From positions 1 through 54,933 of the IMG/VR virus record IMGVR_UViG_3300011440_000025: a stretch of 54,933 nucleotides of DNA; one strand, written 5' to 3'. The translations under genes and the position numbers were made by a program. Under the pieces are notes generated by a model that saw only the letters and a program-made list of their open reading frames with translations, searched no databases and was not told the DNA's origin. The stretch comes from a virus (lineage: Duplodnaviria > Caudoviricetes). Shown here in pieces: positions 46,823 to 54,933 of the stretch (position 1 is its first letter; every line of letters starts with the position of its first letter).

Positions 46823-47842
46823 TTATAGTTTTTTAATTTCGTGTTTATACGCCTTGAATGCCGACTCTCTATGGATACCGACCACATATGTTTCCTCTTC
46901 ACAACGATCAGACTCTGGCCATATCTCAAATACCTTAAGGACAATTCCTTTCGAGTTAATTACGATGTCCCCTTTATTAATTTCTCGAATAGGTTCCGGG
47001 TTGCTATTACTATCCAAGAACCCTATCTCATTAGCAGGTGTCATACAGTAGTTTAAGAATACGTATGGGTGCATAAGATTTATGGACCTGATTAACATAG
47101 GTTGATAAGCGTTCATAAGTAAGCCTAGTATGGATTGATCATGACGGTGCCCCATCTTCTTATCTTCTTCAGCTTGCCAGAAACTAAAGTCACCCTCTAT
47201 CTTACTATTTGCTGGACCCATAGCACAACACTTGTCAATACTATTCCAATATAACCACTCGTTAACAAGTAACTGGCTCTTAGCATTCTTTCTTATTATA
47301 AACATACCTGAGGCGCACTGAAATGATCTTCGATACTTTTCCATATGCATAGTATTGATGCAAAGTTCAGTAGTAAAGTTTTCGTGGGTATGGATACCAA
47401 GAGCATGAGTTGACTTAGTACGGTTATCCCAATTAACAAATGGTGCTATGATACCTCCACAATTATCCAGTAGCGTATCTAGGTTATGGATATCTGGTCG
47501 CTTCAAGTGATTACGGTCACCTCCTATAAAATCCATAGTCCACATTTCCGGAGAGCAGTCTTGATATATAAGTATATCTCCTTCATCGATCTTCTTAAGT
47601 GCTTCAGAGATTGCGAACGGTTTATATGCTCTGCCGTTTCTTGCTGGATCAACATGGTCAAGGAGAGTTCTATTTTGTTTATAGAAGTCCGTGTCTATTA
47701 TATCATCCCAGCAAGGCATATAAAATTCGTCTATAAGCTGGAACGGTCGTAAGAGTTCTATCATATTCAATTGTGTCTTACGATAGATTCCACCTTTTCT
47801 ACCCATACGATCATCTGATACTGTTACTAATATTGTCTTCAT
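46823..47842 (-). CDS. Putative glycosyltransferase (HRHDQS type)
   Basis: YKPFAI..AL, GDILIYQD, W...W, HRHDQSIL. Confidence 0.65.
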   Translation of the reverse strand: MKTILVTVSDDRMGRKGGIYRKTQLNMIELLRPFQLIDEFYMPCWDDIIDTDFYKQNRTLLDHVDPARNGRAYKPFAISEALKKIDEGDILIYQDCSPEMWTMDFIGGDRNHLKRPDIHNLDTLLDNCGGIIAPFVNWDNRTKSTHALGIHTHENFTTELCINTMHMEKYRRSFQCASGMFIIRKNAKSQLLVNEWLYWNSIDKCCAMGPANSKIEGDFSFWQAEEDKKMGHRHDQSILGLLMNAYQPMLIRSINLMHPYVFLNYCMTPANEIGFLDSNSNPEPIREINKGDIVINSKGIVLKVFEIWPESDRCEEETYVVGIHRESAFKAYKHEIKKL

Positions 47843-48525
47843 ATACTTCCTTTTCTCCTCATATAATAAACTGTTTCTTGCTTAGTTTGTTTTGCCTTAT
47901 CCAGCATCGATTCTCCTGGTGCATGCTTTCTATAATAAAATAATATCTCTGGTATGGTATGAATCTTATATCCATACTTTGTTGCTCTTAACCAGAACTC
48001 CCAATCCTCATACCCTTGTCTCATTAGTTCATCGTATCCACCTAAGTTCCACCACATCTTACGAGAAAACAACGAGCAACAATTAAGACGGTTTGTTATA
48101 CGTAAGTCTTCCCATGTAGGAGATGGATGTGGCTTACTTACTCTAGTATATTGTCCAAAGGTTTCAAGATACGTTGATATAATATCACGCTCTCTATACT
48201 TATATTGTGCTACCATCTTTTCTATACAGGTAGGATGGATTTTATCATCGGCGTCCAGCGGTAACACTAAACCATCATCTTCTGGTATTGCACATATTCC
48301 GGTGTTACGAGTTGCGGCAAGTCCCCTATTACGTGGATGATGGATTATGGGTATGTCCAAATAATTCACGTACTCAGAAATAAACTTACCTTCAAGTAAT
48401 TCTGTAGAGCAGTCATCTACTATAATAATTTCTATGTTCTTATAGGTTTGTGCTCTTACAGAATCTATAGCTTCAGCTATATATTTGTAATGGTTATAAC
48501 AGGGTATAACTACTGTTACTTTCAT
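47839..48525 (-). CDS. GT2-family glycosyltransferase
   Basis: VVIPCYN, EIIIVDDCS, NRGLAATRN, LDADD, GGYDE...YEDWEFWLR. Confidence 0.92.
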   Translation of the reverse strand: MKVTVVIPCYNHYKYIAEAIDSVRAQTYKNIEIIIVDDCSTELLEGKFISEYVNYLDIPIIHHPRNRGLAATRNTGICAIPEDDGLVLPLDADDKIHPTCIEKMVAQYKYRERDIISTYLETFGQYTRVSKPHPSPTWEDLRITNRLNCCSLFSRKMWWNLGGYDELMRQGYEDWEFWLRATKYGYKIHTIPEILFYYRKHAPGESMLDKAKQTKQETVYYMRRKGSI

Positions 48526-48686
48526 ACATAGATAAATGTTAAGGTTACTTGATTATCATACTGCCCTTGACTCTGAGTTGTAAAAAGTATTTGGATACTA
48601 TTTAAACTTTCAAACCATTCGGTAACATCCCTTTCTATTTGATATGCACTACCTGCAAATGTTTTTACTCTTATTGTTTTTTCCAT
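48522..48686 (-). CDS. 54 aa hypothetical protein (not in the ORF track)
   Basis: MEKTIRVKTFAGSAYQIERDVTEWF...; fills the gap and has an ATGA overlap with the GT2 gene. Confidence 0.55.
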   Translation of the reverse strand: MEKTIRVKTFAGSAYQIERDVTEWFESLNSIQILFTTQSQGQYDNQVTLTFIYV

Positions 48687-50278
48687 GGCCATGTATTTAT
48701 TTCTTGTCTAAGTTCGTCTTTTGTAAGTGCTTTGATTCTACGTAGCTCTTGATCATTTGCCTTAAAGTGTCTATGGGTATTAAGACTATTAGGACCAGTC
48801 CAGTGATTAAGATGATACATATTATTCCCAAGAACTCTTTCAATGCGATAACCCAATTTTTCAAACCGATACATACGTTCAACATCTTCTGCACCATAGC
48901 TAATAAAGTTTTCATTTTCCATTCCTCCATCTATAAACGATTCTTTGTTAAAGCCTACTGCTCCACCAAGACTTACTACGTCACTAGTATTCATTCCATT
49001 AAATCTTGTATCGCCAACTAGTCCAACGTCCCCGTCATAGTCTCTTATCTTTTCAAACCATGTGTTACGTGGCATACGAGCGAACGCCCACTTATAAGGA
49101 TAGACCATATCCGCACCACTACGTAACATCTCTACTGCCTGTAGTATTTGTAATGGAGCAATAAAAACATCTACGTCCCAATTAAAGATATATCTGCGAC
49201 TTGTATTACGAGCCATATTGTTTAATGCTTTCGTCCTATGCATTACTGGAGTGTACATAAGATCATAGCGATGGCAATAGAAGTGTCCCTTATCTTGTAG
49301 GTAAGTCAGCTTTGGTTCATGGTCATACATCTCAGTTACATACACCTCAGCATCTTCAAAGTACCTGTGGAAAAATCGTAGGAGTATTTTAAGATTTTCT
49401 TCACGGTCTTGGTGGTCGTAGTATACTGGAATTTGAAAACTAACATCGATTAATTTTATTTTTTTGTCCTGTCTATCGGTATCCCGTTGGTGATTAAACT
49501 TATAGTAGTTGGGTGGATAATAATCCTTGATATCATTTTTACGCAACAACTGTCCATTGAAATGATGGACAGGTCTTATAATTGTTTTATGTAGTGCGGT
49601 TGAAAGATATGAACCCCACCAAGAGAAAGTAGAATTACCAATAATAAAATCATCACACTGAGACATAAGGCAGATATCTTCAATATCAGAATTGTTTTCT
49701 GAGAAGGTAACATTAGGCAGACAACCGAAATGGTTACGGCAATAAGGTATGTCGTCTGAGAAGATAATAATGTCCCGTTCTTTCCAGTCATCAAAAAATT
49801 CAATAAGCGCCCTGTAATAGTAACCAATAACTGGAAGCAAATGATAGTTAGGATTCCCCACGTAATCCCCACGGCGTATGGATAACGCAATTGGATTGAG
49901 CTTAGTATCAAACTTAATTGTTTGCTTAACACGCTCCACGAACTCTTTCTTAAAGGTAAGCGCACTACGTACTTCTTTTTCATAGTCTTGCCAATATTTA
50001 TATGATTGCAAATATCCGTATACATCTACTTGATCGTTATCACGAATCGCTGGCCAATCAGGTACGTAACTAAAAGTTGTTTCCTTTACTTCACGTCCCC
50101 ATAGATCATCTTCGTTACCTACTGGAAACTCTCCTTCAAAATACTCTGCACATTTCCATGCAGGTAACTTAAGATGGGCACCGAATTTTTTACTGATTCC
50201 TATCATACTTGCATATTGAAACAACTGGTTGCCTAGCCTACCATTGTTTCCAAATGATGTCATTGTTATTTGTTTCAT
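48671..50278 (-). CDS. Fusion of GT11 alpha-1,2-fucosyltransferase-like and GT2/GT7-C galactosyltransferase-like domains
   Basis: GRLGNQLFQYA, IRRGDY, FSDD, NSTFSWWG; then DREENL, WDVD, GGA, GMENENF.SYGAED.ER. Confidence 0.85.
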   Translation of the reverse strand: MKQITMTSFGNNGRLGNQLFQYASMIGISKKFGAHLKLPAWKCAEYFEGEFPVGNEDDLWGREVKETTFSYVPDWPAIRDNDQVDVYGYLQSYKYWQDYEKEVRSALTFKKEFVERVKQTIKFDTKLNPIALSIRRGDYVGNPNYHLLPVIGYYYRALIEFFDDWKERDIIIFSDDIPYCRNHFGCLPNVTFSENNSDIEDICLMSQCDDFIIGNSTFSWWGSYLSTALHKTIIRPVHHFNGQLLRKNDIKDYYPPNYYKFNHQRDTDRQDKKIKLIDVSFQIPVYYDHQDREENLKILLRFFHRYFEDAEVYVTEMYDHEPKLTYLQDKGHFYCHRYDLMYTPVMHRTKALNNMARNTSRRYIFNWDVDVFIAPLQILQAVEMLRSGADMVYPYKWAFARMPRNTWFEKIRDYDGDVGLVGDTRFNGMNTSDVVSLGGAVGFNKESFIDGGMENENFISYGAEDVERMYRFEKLGYRIERVLGNNMYHLNHWTGPNSLNTHRHFKANDQELRRIKALTKDELRQEINTWPWKKQ

Positions 50279-50610
50279 GTTATAGAAAACTTTTTTAAGT
50301 TCTGTGCTTTAGCAAATGTTACTTCATCTAACTTACTAAGGTATACTGGACCTAGTATTAGTATAGGATTATTTTCATCATCCCATTGGCAAGTAAATCC
50401 TGCTTTACATTCTTTAAATGCTTGTAACGTAATCGTTTCTTTATCTCCTATTATTGCGCTATCAACAATATTATTTTTTGTTGGGTATCCATCGTGTAGA
50501 CATACAGTTGTTATTTTAAGTGTAGCTAAAATAGAAGTGTCTTTATTAAGACGTTCTATAAAGTCATCATGACCCCTTGGTTTATCTCCGTAGTTTAACA
50601 TGGTTCGCAA
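50275..50610 (-). CDS. Hypothetical protein
   Basis: 111 aa; in operon. Confidence 0.6.
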   Translation of the reverse strand: MRTMLNYGDKPRGHDDFIERLNKDTSILATLKITTVCLHDGYPTKNNIVDSAIIGDKETITLQAFKECKAGFTCQWDDENNPILILGPVYLSKLDEVTFAKAQNLKKFSIT

Positions 50611-51227
50611 ACTAAAATTTTATCCTTATACAATATTCCATCTTCAAGCTGTTCATTCCAAAGACTAAACTTATAATCGAATGGGAAAGCATAATTAATA
50701 AAGCCAGCAAACTTAAGAGCGCTGTTTATATCCTGGTCATCAATAATAATAAGATGGCGATGGATTGTCTTATAGGTAATATCACTAATCACTTTTAATT
50801 CTCTCTCCAATATATTGTCCTGAGAAAATTCCATGTTACCTTGCATAAGTTCAGCGTGACCACCAGTATTGGGTCCGGCAGGATGTGCGTCCAGAAATAT
50901 TACGGAGTTTTTATTTGCTCGCTCCAGCATTAATGGTAACATATCGTATGACTTACCTAAATGAATTTCGGCCATAGTATATTTTAATCGCATAGCCACT
51001 ACGAATGGTTCATAAATATCCACACTATAAATATGTTTATACCCAGCGAGTAGTGCTCTCCTTATAGACTCACCCATAGCAGTTCCAGTTTCTACATAGG
51101 TATCACTGAACTCTAAGTAGTCTAAGATATTAAATAGTTTTCCTGTTTTAGTTATCATATCTTCTTTAGTTGGTTCTGGTAAATTTTCTTCAAGATTTCC
51201 TGTTACTCTTGTCTTTGGTATTTTCAT
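50595..51227 (-). CDS. Class I SAM-dependent methyltransferase-like protein
   Basis: YVETGT..G, GKS...L, IFLDAH, IIIDD. Confidence 0.7.
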   Translation of the reverse strand: MKIPKTRVTGNLEENLPEPTKEDMITKTGKLFNILDYLEFSDTYVETGTAMGESIRRALLAGYKHIYSVDIYEPFVVAMRLKYTMAEIHLGKSYDMLPLMLERANKNSVIFLDAHPAGPNTGGHAELMQGNMEFSQDNILERELKVISDITYKTIHRHLIIIDDQDINSALKFAGFINYAFPFDYKFSLWNEQLEDGILYKDKILVCEPC

Positions 51228-51658
51228 TTTGTTTCTTGTTTAAATCGTTTCATAATTTTTTTCTTAAGATCATCTCTATCTTTACACCATACAAACTCGT
51301 ATCTAGTTTCCATAGTAGCTACAATTTTATCTAAAGTCTCTGGTCGCATTTTTCTTTCGTTGCCTTTCGGGAACTTGAGCTGGACAAAGTTCTTTCGTAT
51401 GCATTCAACATAGATAGCAATTTTAATACGCCTACTTTTAGCCAAGCACAGCATGTTAACAAACCTAAAATGATTCTGTATAATGCTTTGATATAAATCT
51501 TGCGGTGACTTTCTTTCAATGTGAAACTTGTTTAGTAGTAACTCCGTTGTGTAATCTCCTACATCTAGTTTATGTTTCTTCCATCCTAAAAAAGATATAG
51601 GTAACTGTTCCCTGGTATCAACCAGTACTATACTCCTATTCGACTTTTTCTGCTTCAT
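51224..51658 (-). CDS. ERCC4-domain nuclease (resolvase-like)
   Basis: VDTREQ, LDVGDY, IERKS..DL. Confidence 0.88.
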   Translation of the reverse strand: MKQKKSNRSIVLVDTREQLPISFLGWKKHKLDVGDYTTELLLNKFHIERKSPQDLYQSIIQNHFRFVNMLCLAKSRRIKIAIYVECIRKNFVQLKFPKGNERKMRPETLDKIVATMETRYEFVWCKDRDDLKKKIMKRFKQETK

Positions 51659-51968
51659 AGACAGCGTCCATTAAATCATCCTTATCTCCGGACATAACAA
51701 ACTTCTTAATACCTTTCTTGAGTAGGTTATTAATCCGTTGGACCTTACCATTATTTACATATTGTCTATGCCATTCTTTTTCCATATCGGATACACGACT
51801 ATTGATTTCTCGTGCTTCGCTAGGAGTTATTGATGGTTCAACTAAATAATGATAGAGGCATCCTACTATAAAACCATACCAGTGCGCTGAGTACCATTGT
51901 AATCCTAGTATGTAGGAGATGGCTAATGAGCCGAAATAAAAAGCGAGTAATACAAATAGTTTTTTCAT
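51636..51968 (-). CDS. Membrane protein
   Basis: Two N-terminal TM segments. Confidence 0.6.
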   Translation of the reverse strand: MKKLFVLLAFYFGSLAISYILGLQWYSAHWYGFIVGCLYHYLVEPSITPSEAREINSRVSDMEKEWHRQYVNNGKVQRINNLLKKGIKKFVMSGDKDDLMDAVYEAEKVE

Positions 51969-52573
51969 ATAGCTATAGAATTTATTTTTGTTAACTCTGC
52001 TCCTGGGACTTTAATACCATCCTTTAAATCTTGTTCGATCATAGGTACATTTAACATCCAGTATTTGTGAGGTACTTTACTTGGATCCGTCACCAGTGCT
52101 TTTGATAGCCTGCGTCTACTGGCTCCATCTTTGCTTCCTGCAATTTGTGTTTCGCTTATCTTATTTGTATAGGTCTCAACCTTTTTAATTTTACCGGCCG
52201 CAAAATCAGCTTCGATCTTTGCTTCTAAGCGATCTTGCTCGTCATAGAAATCTTTTATAAGTATAGTTATCTTGTCGTTATATTCCTTGATCCTTACTGC
52301 AAAAGGTATGAATAGATTTTCAACCTTAGCTATAGAGGAATACATTCCAGAAGTTATGTCGTCCATCTGTCGCTTTGCTTCTTTACCAATTTCTTTTAAG
52401 AGTTTCATTTGTGTTCCAGCAAACTCTAAATCTTTTTTGGTTTTAACCTCTTCAATCTTCTTTAGCTTATTGAATAGCGGGGCTGCCTGACTTTGTAGTG
52501 ACGCTAATATTACAGCAGTGGTAACAGCGTCTTTGTCTTTTGCTCTATGAGCTAATTTGTTTTTTGTTGCCAT
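51965..52573 (-). CDS. Gp157/Gam-like coiled-coil protein
   Basis: Coiled coil plus C-terminal DPSKVP..Y...I...LK.G..VPGAE. Confidence 0.55.
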   Translation of the reverse strand: MATKNKLAHRAKDKDAVTTAVILASLQSQAAPLFNKLKKIEEVKTKKDLEFAGTQMKLLKEIGKEAKRQMDDITSGMYSSIAKVENLFIPFAVRIKEYNDKITILIKDFYDEQDRLEAKIEADFAAGKIKKVETYTNKISETQIAGSKDGASRRRLSKALVTDPSKVPHKYWMLNVPMIEQDLKDGIKVPGAELTKINSIAI

Positions 52574-52739
52574 ACATTATCTTGGTTAGTTTCTCTTTGT
52601 ATAATTCATATTCATACCGTGGAATAGTCTTCAATATTTTTTTAATACGCTTCACAATCGGTGCCTTATCTTTTGGTTTAGCGGACTTGCGCATTCCAGT
52701 AAGGTTTTTAATTCGATCAACCTTTTGTCTTGTTGTCAT
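52545..52739 (-). CDS. Small basic hypothetical protein
   Basis: 64 aa; in operon. Confidence 0.5.
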   Translation of the reverse strand: MTTRQKVDRIKNLTGMRKSAKPKDKAPIVKRIKKILKTIPRYEYELYKEKLTKIMYGNKKQISS

Positions 52740-53407
52740 AATCCTTTTTCTTTTTGTTTTACCCAGTAATCTTCTATGGACATAAGCTCTCCATAGTTCT
52801 TATACCACCACAATAGGAACTCAAGTTCTTTTGCCGCTGCTTTCTCCTGCTCCTTAAATTCATTCGAAGATATAATATATATGCTATGGGGTGGAAACTT
52901 ATCAACAAAGATAAAGTAAAACTCTTTTAGCTTTTCCATTTGCTTATATACAAAACTTTGCTTTGGGTATCCATATGCTAATGCTCTATTCTTACAGTCG
53001 AGAAACGTCTTGGCAGTAGTGGTCTTTATATCGGAACCTATACGTGGTGCTGGCTGATAAATATCTAATATGTAACTCATCTCCACTCCAAATAATTCTC
53101 CATACTTCTTATCTTCACATACTGAATTTACCATCAATCGTTTTACTACGCTATTCGAATTCATTTTCTTAAGCATGGATTCAATCCGTTTCTTTTCCTC
53201 TTCTGATAATAATGCATAGCTTTCATACTTATCTTCTAGGAAACGTTCATGCAATGCTTTACCAAAGATAAAATGTTTCTCTTCTGGATCTGATGCTGGA
53301 ATACATAGAAGATCGTTTTTAATTTTATTACAGTGCGAGTAACTACTATTCTTTGGTACTGGTCCAGTAATTATATTATGTTTTTTAAGATAGTCTACAA
53401 GTTTCAT
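52736..53407 (-). CDS. PD-(D/E)XK exonuclease (RecE/ExoVIII-like)
   Basis: SSYS, FGKALH, LD...DIKTT, Y..Q...Y, F.FIFVDK.PP; start reassigned to MKLV. Confidence 0.75.
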   Translation of the reverse strand: MKLVDYLKKHNIITGPVPKNSSYSHCNKIKNDLLCIPASDPEEKHFIFGKALHERFLEDKYESYALLSEEEKKRIESMLKKMNSNSVVKRLMVNSVCEDKKYGELFGVEMSYILDIYQPAPRIGSDIKTTTAKTFLDCKNRALAYGYPKQSFVYKQMEKLKEFYFIFVDKFPPHSIYIISSNEFKEQEKAAAKELEFLLWWYKNYGELMSIEDYWVKQKEKGL

Positions 53408-53426
53408 TATACTTTGTTTAAACAGT

Positions 53427-53455
53427 AAAAGAGGTCGGCTACCACACCGACCTCT
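53427..53455 (-). terminator. Intrinsic terminator-like hairpin after the SSB-like gene
   Basis: agaggtcgg/ccgacctct 9 bp stem followed by a short T run on the - strand. Confidence 0.55.
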
Positions 53456-53489
53456 ATAACTAACCAAATAATAAGTAACGGATCAACCC

Positions 53490-54077
53490 TTACTTCTTGC
53501 CCTTTCCTTTTGCTGCTGTCTTTGCTTTCTTACCACCATCTGCTCCTGCTTTCCAATCTGGATACTCTTCAGAAGATGAGATTTTGTTTTTGTCGTAATC
53601 TCCTAGTGCATTAAAGTCATCCATAGTATATGCTTCGTCCAAGAAGAAACTACGAGTTGGAAGTGTTCCCTTGAGTATCTTAGTTCCTTTAGGTAGGGCA
53701 GATATGTTTGTTATATTCGAATAAGTAGCGGAACCATCTTCTGCTTCTTTCTCCGATATAGTTACAAACGCTGGCTTACCAGCCAGTCCTTCGAAATCAA
53801 AGTCCTCTAAATTTTTAATACCTAACCAAGCTTTAATATCTTTTGCTAGGTTTGCTTTCTTACCTACGCTGAACGTATAGGTTTTGTAATTTACGAATGC
53901 GTCCCCGTTTTCTTTCTTAACTCCAAGAATTTCAAACGCTACATTAAGCGTGTTTCTTTTTGTAGGCTTACCCTTGTATGAACCTGATTGCGTGCCCCAA
54001 TGAATTGGTCCTAAACAAATTGATTGGTACACTCCTTCTGGGGTTTGTTCTGCGGGTGCTGCTTTTGGTGCTTTCAT
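53490..54077 (-). CDS. Putative phage ssDNA-binding protein (OB-fold)
   Basis: PEG.Y...C......GTQ, YT.S...KANL...I..W.G, YSNI..I..LPKG; next to the exonuclease. Confidence 0.6.
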   Translation of the reverse strand: MKAPKAAPAEQTPEGVYQSICLGPIHWGTQSGSYKGKPTKRNTLNVAFEILGVKKENGDAFVNYKTYTFSVGKKANLAKDIKAWLGIKNLEDFDFEGLAGKPAFVTISEKEAEDGSATYSNITNISALPKGTKILKGTLPTRSFFLDEAYTMDDFNALGDYDKNKISSSEEYPDWKAGADGGKKAKTAAKGKGKK

Positions 54078-54933
54078 TTTTTGTAAAGTTTAAATTAAGT
54101 TTATGTCCTACCTTATAGACTCTCTATAAAGTGACGGTATAAATTTACCTCTATTATATAGGGTATAGAATAGGCTATCTAAGGAAGGTCTAAAACTCCT
54201 TATAATTCCTTAAAGGAATTTAAAACTAAAACCTTAGTTTTCAGGCCGTTTTTAGGACTCCTAAACTAGCCTATATATAGAGTCCCTAAAGCTATTAGAG
54301 GACTCTAGGGGAAACGTAGGCTTTTAGCCGACTCTATATATAGGCTAATTTTCGCTATCGCCTAGAGTCCTTATATAGAGTCCTCGAAACGTTTAAAATT
54401 CCTTATAATTCCTTTTAGACTCTAAAAAGACTCTTTATATTTGTCCTACCGTTTAGGGCGTAAACGATTCGAAAACTAAAGATTTAGTTTTCAGCTTTGA
54501 AAGTCTTAAGTTTAATAACTCCGAAATCTAGGAGACACCGAAACTCGTTGCGAAACTATCTTAATAGTCACGTCGTTAGACGTCTCTCAAACCGGCCCCT
54601 AGCTTAGTAGTTAAAACCGATAGACATTTAATTAGTCCCTTTTAGGATAAAGTCTTTCCTGCTACCTTAAATCTTTAGGTAACAATTAATTTCTTCCTTT
54701 ATAGTCTTTATTAGTATAGCGGTAATATCTAGTTATAAGAAACTATACTATTTAAAGTTAAAAGAATCGCGTGAAGCGAATAACTATAGAACGTAAGTCA
54801 ATACGCTAAGAAGAAATTAAATAGCGGTGAAGTTTAAAGACTATCTTAAAAAACTAGCGGTGAGAATTCCGCAACTCCTGCTCGCGAAAATCCGATAAAC
54901 AGAATTTTATAAACTCTTTAGTCGTAGATAGAA
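54078..54933. promoter_or_regulatory. Long non-coding control region (operators, GACTC array, inverted and direct repeats)
   Basis: No ORF of 60 aa or more; palindromes at 54222 and 54472; 18 bp perfect inverted repeat 54267-54284/54330-54347; 21 nt direct repeat 54191/54394. Confidence 0.75.
54436..54443 (+). promoter_or_regulatory. Bacteroidota primary-sigma -7 box TAnnTTTG
   Basis: TATATTTG in the non-coding region; -33 element not convincing. Confidence 0.55.

Larger units (their letters stand above)
1..54933. mobile_element. Tailed bacteriophage genome (complete or near-complete), probably a lytic Bacteroidota siphovirus
   Basis: Ordered terminase-portal-protease-capsid-tail-tape measure-fibre-lysis genes; own polymerase and helicase; no host housekeeping genes and no integrase seen. 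Confidence 0.95.

Noticed and set aside
54078-54933. Possible CRISPR mini-array
   Set aside because: Repeats are short, irregularly spaced and in both orientations; no repeat-spacer periodicity or cas genes
1-54933. Terminal repeats, integrase/att site, DGR or genetic-code reassignment
   Set aside because: Window ends do not match each other; no integrase or reverse transcriptase recognised; genes read intact in the standard code

Overview
The window is most or all of a tailed dsDNA phage genome (siphovirus-like, HK97-type head). The host is probably Bacteroidota, judged from BT4734/VapE replication genes, BACON-like domains, a DUF5675 lysin, signal peptides followed by Gln, and a TAnnTTTG promoter box. 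The + strand (11-46055) carries, in order: a Pif1 helicase; a sugar-modification/replication block (sulfotransferase, UDP-galactopyranose mutase, two TET-associated-type glycosyltransferases flanking a family A DNA polymerase, a ParB-like protein, primase/helicase); terS, tRNA-Asp, a 3.7 kb small-ORF island and terL; then head, tail, fibre/tailspike and lysis genes. The - strand (45970-54077) carries SSB-like, RecE-like and ERCC4 genes and a second cluster of glycosyltransferases with a methyltransferase. The most interesting signals are: (1) a 109 aa miniature capsid-protein-like ORF and a terminase Walker-A-like fragment in the terS-terL island, possibly decoys; (2) an unusually large glycan-building toolkit with no visible base-hydroxylating enzyme; (3) strong local CA/TG depletion in two control regions that share a palindromic operator; (4) membrane/secretion signals on the major capsid protein and on several tail-module proteins. 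All family calls come from motif recognition by eye; no searches were run.
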